64,000 nucleotides of DNA from Nitrososphaeraceae archaeon. Lineage in GTDB: Archaea; Thermoproteota; Nitrososphaeria; Nitrososphaerales; Nitrososphaeraceae. Shown here piece by piece: positions 40,456-50,907 of the stretch. Where the stretch lies: the NCBI GenBank assembly GCA_036554685.1, contig DATBMS010000031.1, positions 949 to 64,948 of the forward strand, read 5' to 3'. The position numbers and the translations under genes were made by a program. The notes below the pieces were generated by a model, which worked only from the letters and a program-made list of their open reading frames with translations, was not told where the DNA came from and did no database searches. The number at the start of each line of letters is the position of its first letter. Position 1 is the first letter of the stretch.

Positions 40456-43400
40456 TTACACCTTCTCCATTGGAATCAGTCTTGGAGCAACGTTAAGACT
40501 CATCATTTCTTGCAATAATAGTTTAAACGCATAGGCAATGGCCACCGAAGAAATTTTTGCTCTGTCACCATCCACCCGGCATACATACCTTCTTTGTTTG
40601 ATATCATAATAGGCTAGCAGTCCGCAGCGTTCACAAATATTTACTTCAGCCTTGTCAGACTCTTCTAAAAGCCTGTCTTTTAGCATCATAGAAGCCCCGT
40701 ACGCAATCAAACAGTCCCGCTCCATCTCGCCGAACCTAAGACCTCCACCTCGAGCACGACCTTCTGTAGGTTGTTTTGTAAGCATCTGAACCTGGCCTCT
40801 TGCTCTACTGTGAATCTTATCAGCCACCATGTGATGAAGTTTCTGGTAATAAACTACACCGACATACACTTCAGCATTAAACTTCTTGCCAGTACGTCCA
40901 TCATACATCACTTCTTTGCCAGTCGCTTTGAAGCCATATTTTTCTAGTATTTCCTTAAGATCGTTAACCTTTTCTCCCACAAAGGCCGAACCATCAACCA
41001 CTTTACCCCGAAGGGCAGAAGATTTTCCTGCCAGTGATTCCATGAATTGGCCGACAGTCATTCTTGATGGAAATGCGTGTGGATTAATCATAACATCTGG
41101 AACTACCCCATCTTCTGTATAAGGAAGGTCTTCTTGTGGAACAAGCATGCCAACAACTCCTTTTTGGCCATGTCTTGAAGCAAATTTATCTCCAATTTCT
41201 GGTATTCTCATGTCCCTCACTCGAATCTTATACATTTTCCCTCCATCAACGGATTGGGTCATTACAACTGAATCGATTACTCCATTCTCAGAAGGTCTTA
41301 CACCTATTGATGTATCTCTTCTATACGGACCCTTTACCTCAAATTCCTTGTATTCTTCCATAAACCTTGGCGGCGAGGTTCGACCAATCAATATGTCTCC
41401 TCCATTTACTATTGATTCATGCATTATAGCACCGTCATCTTCAAGTAACCTGTATGATTTTTCACCACGGTAACCTCTAATATTTGCATCAGACGATGGA
41501 ATCTCAAATTTGTCTTTCATTCCTCCTGGATACTGTTTTGCTTCTGCCTCATACACTCTGTAAAAGAAGGTTCTGCCAAGACCTCTATCTACTGATGACT
41601 TGTTAAAGACTACTGCATCTTCTATATTATATCCTTCAAATGGTAATACTGTGACAATACAGTTTTGGCCTGTAGGACGTTCTTCCAGTCCAAGAAGGTT
41701 TATCGCTTTAGTAGTAACAACTGGTATTTGTGGATACAGCATAAAGTGTTGTCTTACGTAGGTGCTTGCATTCATTAAAGGTGTGGAAAATCCCAGACTC
41801 TGTTTTGCCATAGCACTTTCATAAGTATTTCTTGGAGATTGATTGTGCTCTGGATATGGAATTATGGAAGCTCCAACGCCCAGTATCGATGGTGGATAAA
41901 TTTCAAGATGTGTGTGATTTGGTTCAAGGCTGGCATAATTCATTGCCACATAACAATTTTCCTCTTCATTCGCATCGATTAATTCTATCATACCCATCCA
42001 TAGCAAGTCGGACCAGGATTTCATATTCCTTTTTATCAAATCAAGAACATCCAGTGTTATTACTGGCTTGCCTTCCTTTACAATTGCAAGTGGCCTAAGT
42101 ATTCTTCCAGAATTACAGCTTACATACAGACGCTTTGTTGCATTTTCATTTTCGTTTGAATAATAGTATATCCCAACATGCGCGTGCATTTTTCCGGACC
42201 TTCTTAAACTTCTAAGAGTATCCGTCAAGTGCTGCCCGTTATCGTAGTAACCAATTAAGCGACCGTCTACAAATATTCTGGTTCCATTTTTTCGCAACAT
42301 ATCAGAAGCCTCTTCAACAGGATGGGCGCCCAGTTCGTACAACTTTTCAATTATCTCTGAAACAGAGACGCTTACTGATATTATGGAAGATAAAGCAATA
42401 TTTTTTACTAGACCGCAGTTTGACCCTTCAGGAGTTTCTGCAGGGCATATCCTACCAAAGTGTGTAGAATGAAGATCCCTTGCTTCAAAATTAGGTTGAC
42501 TTCTGCTTAAAGGTGATTGAATTCTGCGAAGATGACTAATAGTTGATATGTAATTTGTTCTGTCTAAGAGTTGGGTAACACCCACTCTTCCCCTTCCCCA
42601 GTTTCCTGTTGCAATGGCATTGTTTAATTTATCAGAAATTATTCCTGGCCTTACTGCTGCAGCGACTGCATTTATCCCTCGCTTTTGACCGGACCTTTCC
42701 AGTTGATATTTCATATCTCGCACAAGATTTCTAAAGGCTGTTCTGAAGAGGTCTGCTAACATCTGACCAGCAAATTTTATAACTTTATTACCATAATGGT
42801 CCTTATCATCAGACGCCACCAAATTAAGTCTAAGTTCAACAAGTTTGCATGTTGCCTCACCCAAGAAGAGCGCCTTTTCGTTTCTGTTCTCAGGATTCTT
42901 TCCAAGATGTGGAAGCAATCCCCAGTCTAGTAAAGTTTCGGCCCTCTTTATCTGAAATTCTTCCAACATTCCAGGTGCTATTCTTTTGCTTATGTAGACA
43001 ATTGCGTCCCTACTGGTCACAATTTCTCCTGATTTCTCAAATGAGGGTTCTAACTCATCTTGTATTATTGAATTTAGAGATACACCATCTGCAATATCTT
43101 TATCAGATTCAAGACCCAGAGCCCTAATTAATGTAATAAGTGGAATGTCGACAGGAGATCCTGGAATTTTGGCAACAATTGAACTGTCTGGTCTCATAAT
43201 TAGTTCCAATTTTGCACGATATCCGACAATTGAAGAGTAAACTTTTGCCTTGTAAACTAAGTTACCAGTTGTTTCTTCTGTATCAACAATAATCTTGTTG
43301 TATGATAAATCTTCTAAGCCAATAATTACCCTCTCCGAACCATTAATTACAAAATAGCCTCCTGGGTCTTTTGGATCTTCTCCAAGTTCAATGAGTTTTG

Positions 43401-43806
43401 TATCGGGAAGGTTATGTAGTATGCAGGCGTTTGACTTTACCATAACTGGAATATCTCCAATATGGATAAATCGTGATTCTAGAATTTTTTCATCTTCAAC
43501 AATACTGCATTCAAGCATTATAGGGGATCCATAAGTTAAGTTGCGAAGCCTAGCCTCCACAGGAGCTACATGAGTTACCGAACCGTCTAGTTCCATGATT
43601 CTGGGTTGCTGCAGTTTAATTTTGCCTAATCTTATTTTGTACGGATATTCTGCAGTTTCAATTTCTATCTCTCCCACTTCATCGATAATACTTTGCAGTC
43701 CTCGTTCAATAAATTCGCCATAGGAATTGAGATGTTGTCTTGCTACTCCTTCCTTTTGTAAGATATTGTGGATAATCGACCACATATCAAGTGTATTTTG
43801 TGACAT
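40456..43806 (-). CDS. rpoB: DNA-directed RNA polymerase subunit B (unsplit)
   Basis: GYFVINGSER, ETPEG, GDKFASRHGQKG, GLRFGEMERD. Confidence 0.98.
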   Translation of the reverse strand: MSQNTLDMWSIIHNILQKEGVARQHLNSYGEFIERGLQSIIDEVGEIEIETAEYPYKIRLGKIKLQQPRIMELDGSVTHVAPVEARLRNLTYGSPIMLECSIVEDEKILESRFIHIGDIPVMVKSNACILHNLPDTKLIELGEDPKDPGGYFVINGSERVIIGLEDLSYNKIIVDTEETTGNLVYKAKVYSSIVGYRAKLELIMRPDSSIVAKIPGSPVDIPLITLIRALGLESDKDIADGVSLNSIIQDELEPSFEKSGEIVTSRDAIVYISKRIAPGMLEEFQIKRAETLLDWGLLPHLGKNPENRNEKALFLGEATCKLVELRLNLVASDDKDHYGNKVIKFAGQMLADLFRTAFRNLVRDMKYQLERSGQKRGINAVAAAVRPGIISDKLNNAIATGNWGRGRVGVTQLLDRTNYISTISHLRRIQSPLSRSQPNFEARDLHSTHFGRICPAETPEGSNCGLVKNIALSSIISVSVSVSEIIEKLYELGAHPVEEASDMLRKNGTRIFVDGRLIGYYDNGQHLTDTLRSLRRSGKMHAHVGIYYYSNENENATKRLYVSCNSGRILRPLAIVKEGKPVITLDVLDLIKRNMKSWSDLLWMGMIELIDANEEENCYVAMNYASLEPNHTHLEIYPPSILGVGASIIPYPEHNQSPRNTYESAMAKQSLGFSTPLMNASTYVRQHFMLYPQIPVVTTKAINLLGLEERPTGQNCIVTVLPFEGYNIEDAVVFNKSSVDRGLGRTFFYRVYEAEAKQYPGGMKDKFEIPSSDANIRGYRGEKSYRLLEDDGAIMHESIVNGGDILIGRTSPPRFMEEYKEFEVKGPYRRDTSIGVRPSENGVIDSVVMTQSVDGGKMYKIRVRDMRIPEIGDKFASRHGQKGVVGMLVPQEDLPYTEDGVVPDVMINPHAFPSRMTVGQFMESLAGKSSALRGKVVDGSAFVGEKVNDLKEILEKYGFKATGKEVMYDGRTGKKFNAEVYVGVVYYQKLHHMVADKIHSRARGQVQMLTKQPTEGRARGGGLRFGEMERDCLIAYGASMMLKDRLLEESDKAEVNICERCGLLAYYDIKQRRYVCRVDGDRAKISSVAIAYAFKLLLQEMMSLNVAPRLIPMEKV

Positions 43807-43813
43807 GACTGCT

Positions 43814-44065
43814 CTAGTCCTCCACTACATATCTATAATAAACACTTTCGCCGGCAGTAAATGACATTCTTGTTATTTTAATAATATCTCCTGGTCTCAC
43901 ATCTAAATCCTCTAATCCCTTGTCGTTAATTAATATGTATGGGAGCTGACTTGGCTTAGTATTGTATTTCTTTAAAACTACTTCAGCATCTTTTTTGGAT
44001 AAAATTTCATGTTTAGGCTGATATACATGATTCGTAATTTTAATATCTTTTTTATCAGAAGACAA
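43814..44065 (-). CDS. rpoH: DNA-directed RNA polymerase subunit H
   Basis: HVYQPKHEIL, LP.I, GDIIKITR.S.TAG...YYRYV. Confidence 0.96.
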   Translation of the reverse strand: MSSDKKDIKITNHVYQPKHEILSKKDAEVVLKKYNTKPSQLPYILINDKGLEDLDVRPGDIIKITRMSFTAGESVYYRYVVED

Positions 44066-44423
44066 AATTCGAGAGTCTTGATTCCAAATCTTACTTCCGT
44101 AATAAATAGATTCTCCGTTTGACCTTATTATTCAATTATAAATCGATTTGACCACGATTATAATGATACATCTTGATGATTTCAAGAGTATGACTATGAC
44201 ATCAATCTCTTTTTAGCTAGGTCGATGTGTCCTAATTAATCAAAGCTTTACCTTACAAATAATTCTATCAAACACTCATTATCAAACCTACAAACTTGGC
44301 AACTTAGATTAATATTTGACTTTAGTTGACCCAGAAAATATTTCAAGGTATTTGCGTAGTTACAACAGTTTACCGTTCTACTATACTAGAATTAATTTAC
44401 TTGTCGACCTACCAAGAATTGCT

Positions 44424-44756
44424 TTAGTGTTCTGTGGATTTTTCTACTTCTATTTTGCATCTAGTTATTATTCCTGCAATAACTCCTATGGCGGCAAGCC
44501 ATGGTGCTAGCGTAATCATTGCAACTGCTCCTGCCGTTCCCCATGTCACTGGGATGGAAAGGAGTAGATTTCCTTTTTCATCTTTTATCACTATTCTCTT
44601 AACTCTTGCATCCTGAATTATCTCTTTGACTTTTCCTACCAGGCCGCCGGCAGACACCTCATAGACATCTTTTTGTAGTCCTATTTGGGTTCCACAATTT
44701 GGACAAAATTTAGCATTTTGTGGAAGCTCACTTCCACATTCTGCACATTTTACCAT
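44424..44756 (-). CDS. Zinc-ribbon + DUF4342-like membrane-anchored protein
   Basis: CAECG..AKFCPNCG, then LV.KVKEII...VKRI.IK...IP..G..A..AP.LAA.G...C.IEV. Confidence 0.8.
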   Translation of the reverse strand: MVKCAECGSELPQNAKFCPNCGTQIGLQKDVYEVSAGGLVGKVKEIIQDARVKRIVIKDEKGNLLLSIPVTWGTAGAVAMITLAPWLAAIGVIAGIITRCKIEVEKSTEH

Positions 44757-44914
44757 AAAGATCTTTATTATATCCTAAATCCATCTCTTTAAGTCTTTAG
44801 TAATAAACTATCAATGGCGCCAAAATATGGTCATTGTTTATTCTCAAAAAAAATTAACCCAAAACCAAATTGTAAATTTTAGTGATCCTGTGACACATAA
44901 TAGTTAATGATAAT

Positions 44915-45589
44915 TTGAAATATAGAGGGTACCTTATCATTCACATCGTGGTTAATGAAAAAGAAAACATCGAAAATAAGAATACGAAATTGAATAATAA
45001 TTCTAATGATGATAATTCCAATAGTACAGACAAAAAACAAAGATCTCTCTTCAAGACAATAACAATCATGATTATTGCAATTACTGTTGTAATTGTTGCG
45101 AGTAGTTTCATTGAACAATTGCTCGAAGATCGTTATGGACCGTATTTGAACATAGTTGTGGTTGCAATCATTGGATATTTTGTAATCAATTCTCTTGCAA
45201 ACGTGTTTTACAGGCTTTCCTACGATGCCTTGAAAAAAAATGCGGAAATTATACGCATTCTAATTAAAATCCTTGGAGCTATTATTGTTATCTCCATTAT
45301 AATTTCGTATTTGAGCCAGGATCCTCTTATTGCCGCATCTATTGGAACTATTACTGCTATTGTAATAGGGTTTGCAAGCCAAAGCGTGTTAGGAAATTTA
45401 ATTTCTGGTCTGTATCTAGCCATCACTAGACCCTTCAGGATTGGAGAGAAAGTTACTGTATTTGGTAACACAGGTATAATTTACGACATCGGGTTATTGT
45501 ACAGTAAACTTAAAACAGATGAAGGAGATATCATTCTGGCACCAAACACATCTATGATAACTACTACTATTATTATTAGAAAAGCCTAG
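44915..45589 (+). CDS. mscS: Small-conductance mechanosensitive channel (MscS family, short form)
   Basis: IGFASQSVLGNLISG...RPFRIGE, IGLLYS, PN; true start probably downstream of 44915. Confidence 0.85.
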   Translation: MKYRGYLIIHIVVNEKENIENKNTKLNNNSNDDNSNSTDKKQRSLFKTITIMIIAITVVIVASSFIEQLLEDRYGPYLNIVVVAIIGYFVINSLANVFYRLSYDALKKNAEIIRILIKILGAIIVISIIISYLSQDPLIAASIGTITAIVIGFASQSVLGNLISGLYLAITRPFRIGEKVTVFGNTGIIYDIGLLYSKLKTDEGDIILAPNTSMITTTIIIRKA

Positions 45590-45883
45590 CTATTTACCAA
45601 AAAATGATCCAAACGAGTCCTTTAGTGCATTAAATGCATCATCTATAATCCCTGAAGTATTCTGCATTATTCCACTATCATTAGACGTGCCTACTGTATT
45701 GGTGTTGTTATCCGGAGTAACTATTCCAGTGGTATTGCCTATCTGTCCAAACGTGTAAGGGTTTGGAAATAAGATTTGAACGACCAGAGAAAGGCAAATG
45801 ATGACCAGGTGAACTAAGTTCATGTGCTTGATAGCAGAAAGATATGAATTAGTTCGTAATATTATTTTCATCAACGGACACAA
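45590..45883 (-). CDS. Small secreted low-complexity hypothetical protein
   Basis: Hydrophobic signal-like segment followed by an N/T/G-rich stretch (NTT, NTS sequons); start uncertain. Confidence 0.55.
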   Translation of the reverse strand: MCPLMKIILRTNSYLSAIKHMNLVHLVIICLSLVVQILFPNPYTFGQIGNTTGIVTPDNNTNTVGTSNDSGIMQNTSGIIDDAFNALKDSFGSFFGK

Positions 45884-46132
45884 CTACTTTTTGATTAAGA
45901 TTTAACTCGACACCTTGTAGAATCAATGCGATATTAAAAGTTTAAAATACAGTGATATGAGCCGGGAAAATTTCTCATGTATATATTTTATCTGAGAGTA
46001 TCTTTTATTTGGAGTTGCTGACCGCCAAGAAACTGATAATTGTTTTATTAATATTCGATTTGAATTCAACTTCGTAAATCGAGTGTAAACGTCAATGAAT
46101 CAATCACTAGCGTCAGTGAATTCGTCAAAGGA

Positions 46133-46805
46133 TTATTGATGCCTTCTTCTTCTCCTAGCGACAAACGAAATATCCTCATTTGCACTCTCTGGAAGATATT
46201 TTTCGTTCGAATAGGTATCAGTAGTTACTTTTAACGAGAGCAATTCGTTTGAAACAAAGAACTTTTCTTCTTTTAAGCCTTGCAATGATAGCCAAACATG
46301 GAAAGATTCGTCTCTCATCTGCTGCAATTTGTATTGTAAATTACTATATTCGAATTTCATCGACTCTACCCATCGAGCATATTGCAGTCCCTCTATGGCG
46401 TCACGAACAGTAAGATTCGCGTTTTTAAGCTGATTATACAGCTGCAAATAGGAGTCGAGATCGTCTTTCATTACATCGTAAAACTCACAGAATTTTTCCA
46501 TATTAATAAGTCGCCTGAATTGCTTTTGTTTTTCTATAGTTTCGTAATCGCTTAGTCCGACTTTAATGGCTACCTGTAGATTTGAATGGCCGGTACGAAA
46601 CAGGTCTAACGCTTGACTATGCTTACTATATGCCGCAGACTTGTCAGCAGGTTCGGGATACCCAGAAATCTTCCTAGAGATTTTTGCATATATCGGTAAA
46701 GGACATACGCACTCGCTTGGAAATTTCCCTGATATTTGCACCAGTTTGTAGTAATTCTATTACCTTTCTTTCCTTTTCTTCTTTTGTCAGGTACACTTTC
46801 TTCAT
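46133..46805 (-). pseudogene. Frameshifted tandem-HTH/coiled-coil protein
   Basis: ATG 46805 gives MKKVYLTKEEKERKVIELLQTGANIREISKRVRMSFTDICK (HTH). Removing one base of the T5 run at 46681-46685 fuses it to ISRKISG..ALDLFRTGHSNLQVAIKVGL (second HTH). Confidence 0.75.
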
Positions 46806-46858
46806 TATATGTAGGTATGCTACAAATACAAACAGATAGACTTTACTCTCGGCATACC

Positions 46859-46934
46859 TTGCTACTTCTTGCTATCAGTTATTGTTGATTGCTACTTCAT
46901 GTTACTACTTGATACACTTGTTACAATAAGCTAC
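46859..46934. repeat. Helically phased ~10-bp repeat array (TTGCTAC-like), probable operator/iteron
   Basis: TTGCTAC 46859, TTGCTAT 46869, TTGCTAC 46889, ATGTTAC 46899, TTGATAC 46909, TTGTTAC 46918, AAGCTAC 46928. Confidence 0.65.
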
Positions 46935-47856
46935 AAGGACTGTTGTGAAACCGTACAAGGAGAATCTCGAAATCGAATATTATTTTGTGGTCTTTGATTT
47001 ATTCTCATTAATTTCTACTTTACATTAATTTCTCCTGAACATGAAAAGACGCTCAAATAAACAACATATAGGCAAGTATATTGATTTTTACATTATTCGT
47101 ATTTGAACTTAGAAAGTACAAGACGGATTTTCAGTGTTCTATTCTGAAGCCGGAAATTCATTAATGGTCAATAATATACTCATAGTCCTGATCTTGACAT
47201 CGCAAAGAATTAACCCTAATTGCAATCCCCAAACTCTTTTTTAAGTCGCTTTGACAGAAAATAATCGCCTTGTAGGTAGTCCTATTTTTTCGCGTCACTA
47301 TCAAATTATGAGTAACGATTTATAATCTACCTGTATCTGAAGGATCCCATGAAGATCTTCAGTTTAAAATATAAAAATCATTAAATGATGAAAAATATAA
47401 AAATTTAGATCTCATTATAGGATCTCTGAATTATTAATTGAAAGCCATATTTACCAAGAGCAGGACGAATTAATATTTACAGTAGAGTTTTAGGTACTGG
47501 GGCCCGATGCTAATTGAACTGTAAATGATAATACGGATCTAATCCCAGAGGAAGTAACTGAGTACTGTAACAGAACTAAATTATAGATTCTGAAATTAAC
47601 TCGTCTAACCTTGAATTCTGTTCACTAGTTTATGTTACTAGTTTCTATGTGTTACTTTTTATTAGGTGTTCGTTTCTGGAAGAGTACCGATTACAAATTA
47701 TCCCAAGAAGGATTCAGATGGTCATCATATAGTTGTAATTTGTATTTAATTTTAGGTCCAATAGTTTGTAATAGAAATTTTATCAAATCTTGATTGCTAC
47801 GTTTAGATTACCAAAAGTTTTTTAATCTACGATTACCTGAACAGGTTAGAAACATA

Positions 47857-49452
47857 GTGGAAATTGGACCTCAAGAACTCTCAGGCTACTATACATATCG
47901 TAGTTTCATAGACATACCATTACCTGTTATTGACTTTAACAAGATAAAAGTATCAGAGGCAGAACTTTTTTTAATCGTACAAATTAATGGTGTAGTAACT
48001 GGCACTCTTTCACTTCCTGCTCAGCCGGGAGCATCTGAAAGGGCTTTCATGGATATCATTGGAACAGTAAAAAGCTGGTGGCCTGAAATCACTCTCGAGT
48101 TTGAAGCTCAAGGACGACCAAATACAACAATTTCTGACTTTTTATACCAATACTCTGGTTCAGTAACAAGAACATGGGAGAATGGAATTGGTCAACGTCT
48201 TTCGTTGTCTGGAACTGAATTTAGAGTTAAGGATCATGGATCGGGAGATCAAACACATAGAGCTGGTGCAACAGCAAGTTTTGTTTCTGTAAAAAGAGAT
48301 TTTGTAGAACCTAGAGAAATTAATGGAGTAGCCATAATTCCAGATGCTTTATCTATGCTAGCATCAAAGTCACACAGACTTGTACATGCAATATGGCACA
48401 CTATTCGTCTGTATGAAATATGGTGGAAAATATTAAATGAAAATGACAAACAAAAGATTCGTAACCTAAATTGGGAACTTGACCGTCACCCTTTCACTGC
48501 AGGTGGCACACTAGACCTGACTAATGGTGCTGGAGAAGATTTTCTCTTTATGCATAGAAAGATGATTGCAATGGTTAAAGACAAATATAAATCACAAGGA
48601 GTTTCTTATATTGAAAGCTGGAAAACACTACCCGTTCCGAGTGCTCAACAGTTCTCGTATTCAGAACAAGAAGATCCTCAAAACCCAGGTAAAAAGATCT
48701 ACAGATTTAATCCATTAGAATCTGGTTATATGATACCATCAGCATATTTCATATCTAATGGTCCTGAATCCGAACAAGAGGACCTTGAAGACCTAAAATC
48801 CCTGATGTTTCTAAAAAGTTCTAGTTACTTCACATCAATTATGAGATATCTTGAAAGGCAATTTAGGGATCATCGTAAGCTTGGTTCTCTTTCACTAGGA
48901 GAATTAGGCAACCTCTTAGAATTTGTAATTCATAACCAAATGCATATGCGATGGTCTAGTGCTCCCATAGATCCACAGACTGGAATACCGCCGATAAATC
49001 CAGAAACTGGAAAACCGACAGGAAGGGGATCATTTGATTTCAACGAGAAATGGGATGATCCAAAATATGACTACCTTGGTGACTTTTATTCATCTCATGT
49101 AAATCCAGTATTTTGGAGACTTCATGGATGGGTGGACGATCGAATAGACGACTGGTTCAACGCCCATGAGGCTTCTCATCCAGGAGAGATTGAACGATAT
49201 CAATACAATGATGTTTCATGGTTCAAACCTGGAAAGTGGGTCCAAGTTTCTCAACCGTTTTATTGGCCTGAGAACCATAATCATACACATACAGGAAGTG
49301 GGTTGAGCTCAATCGAAAATATGCTAAAAGTTATGGAAATTATAGAGGAGGCCATACAAAGAAATCAAGAAAGAGCCGACGTTAGATTTTTAGCAAGAAA
49401 ACAAGTCTTTAATATCATGACATTTATGCAAGATATTTTAACCAATTTATAG
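47857..49452 (+). CDS. PvdP-like tyrosinase (beta-barrel + type-3 di-copper domain)
   Basis: HRLVHAIWH, GEDFLFMHR, HNQMHMRW, SSHVNPVFWRLHGWVD give six His ligands; N-terminal YTYRSF..FVSVKR domain; likely GTG start 47857 (ORF track 47794). Confidence 0.85.
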   Translation: MEIGPQELSGYYTYRSFIDIPLPVIDFNKIKVSEAELFLIVQINGVVTGTLSLPAQPGASERAFMDIIGTVKSWWPEITLEFEAQGRPNTTISDFLYQYSGSVTRTWENGIGQRLSLSGTEFRVKDHGSGDQTHRAGATASFVSVKRDFVEPREINGVAIIPDALSMLASKSHRLVHAIWHTIRLYEIWWKILNENDKQKIRNLNWELDRHPFTAGGTLDLTNGAGEDFLFMHRKMIAMVKDKYKSQGVSYIESWKTLPVPSAQQFSYSEQEDPQNPGKKIYRFNPLESGYMIPSAYFISNGPESEQEDLEDLKSLMFLKSSSYFTSIMRYLERQFRDHRKLGSLSLGELGNLLEFVIHNQMHMRWSSAPIDPQTGIPPINPETGKPTGRGSFDFNEKWDDPKYDYLGDFYSSHVNPVFWRLHGWVDDRIDDWFNAHEASHPGEIERYQYNDVSWFKPGKWVQVSQPFYWPENHNHTHTGSGLSSIENMLKVMEIIEEAIQRNQERADVRFLARKQVFNIMTFMQDILTNL

Positions 49453-50010
49453 TAACGGTGACCCATTTATCATTTTATCTCTTTAATCTAACTTAATATT
49501 ATCTGATATAACAGTCCTTTTTTATAGAATTGCTATAACTTTATTAGAATTTTAATTTCATCGGGCCGGATACTTTTCAAAATATGACCAACATTCTTCT
49601 AATCGTATTAAAATAAACTCGTGATTATTAGAATTACTAGAACGATCTCTATGGTAAATTTGTTTGATTTTTTGTATTTTAATGGATTTCTGCGACTGCT
49701 TCGCATAAGCACTATTACTATGATTATCATTATTCAAGCCGAGAACCTGTACTAGATTTTAATTTCTAAACATTTTTTAGAATGTGATAGAATTTTATAG
49801 TGTTAAATGAATTATCAATTCAATTCTTTCCTTACCAGAACAAAATGTTTTGATGATCACTTTCAATTGGAAAGACTCATTGTAACAAGCAGCATGTTCG
49901 AAACTAATTAGTTATGCAGGTACATTAATTGCATCTAGGAATTAATATTAGAGTTATGAAATTTATATTGTTTGATAGGCACTGAGTCAAGTCCCCCATA
50001 AGGGTAAGAT

Positions 50011-50907
50011 ATGTTTATATGCGATCTGGCCCGTTTTGAATTGAGAAATATTGGTCCAATGGTCAGCAATAGTGAGGTGGAGAATGTGACAGGTTTTGAT
50101 CAAGGTTTCCTCTCTGTGGTAATCAATCTTCCTACTTTATCAACATCAAATAAGGAAAATGCGTTCAGTATTAATGGGTCAGAAGTGATCGACTATACTC
50201 ACTTTTCACTTTCTGTCAATAAGGTGCGAAGATTCGCATTTTGGGTGGCTTGGAATATAGATGGTGGGAGCATCCGTAGGCTGAGCCGCAAGGGTATTCC
50301 GTTCATTATTGATCCGCGAGTTCCGCAGGAGTTCCAAGTGGGTGACGAATTATATGCAGGGAATCGGCTAGATCGCGGTCACCTCGCCCGTCGTGCGGAC
50401 CTGCTCTGGGGAGCGCCTGCAGAAGCGGAGAAGGCTAACAAAGATTCGTTCTTCTTTACCAACATTACTCCTCAGATGGATGATTTCAACCAAGGACAAA
50501 GAGGGGGGTTATGGGGTCGATTGGAGGACGCAGTTTTTGAGGATACAAATGTGGAGGACTTGAAAGTTAGTTTATTCGGTGGTCCGGTTTTTCGTGATGA
50601 TGACCGTAATTTTATGAATTTGAAGCTTCCTCGAGAATTCTGGAAAGTGATAGTGTTCGTGGAGGATGGGATACTTAAGGCCAAAGCATTCTTACTTGCA
50701 CAGAACTTGGATGAACTAAAAGCCTTTGAACTTGATGCGTTCAAGGTGTATCAAGTAGCGCTGACAGAGGTTGAGGAAAGATGTGGACTAATATTTCCTG
50801 ACGCTCTCAAGGGGGCAGATTCCGTGGGAAGAAGCCTAACGAGTGCACGAGAGGTTTTAAGTGAACGCAAGCCGCTTGCATCACTTAAAGGTATAGATTG
50901 GTCTTAA
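50011..50907 (+). CDS. DNA/RNA non-specific endonuclease (NucA/EndoG, beta-beta-alpha-Me)
   Basis: YTHFS, AWNIDG, DRGHL, FTNITPQ..FNQ..W..LE, GGPV, P.EFWKV. Confidence 0.92.
   Translation: MFICDLARFELRNIGPMVSNSEVENVTGFDQGFLSVVINLPTLSTSNKENAFSINGSEVIDYTHFSLSVNKVRRFAFWVAWNIDGGSIRRLSRKGIPFIIDPRVPQEFQVGDELYAGNRLDRGHLARRADLLWGAPAEAEKANKDSFFFTNITPQMDDFNQGQRGGLWGRLEDAVFEDTNVEDLKVSLFGGPVFRDDDRNFMNLKLPREFWKVIVFVEDGILKAKAFLLAQNLDELKAFELDAFKVYQVALTEVEERCGLIFPDALKGADSVGRSLTSAREVLSERKPLASLKGIDWS

Noticed and set aside
2039-43127. Numerous 60-150 aa ORFs antisense or out of frame within core genes
   Set aside because: They are shadows of well-supported genes and carry no motifs.
36614-43806. Unsplit rpoA and rpoB as a novelty
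   Set aside because: This is the established arrangement in Thaumarchaeota; useful only as a taxonomic marker.
44066-47793. tRNA/att site or integrase marking the island boundary
   Set aside because: No cloverleaf/T-loop consensus and no recombinase or transposase motif found by eye; tRNAscan-SE would be needed to exclude fully.
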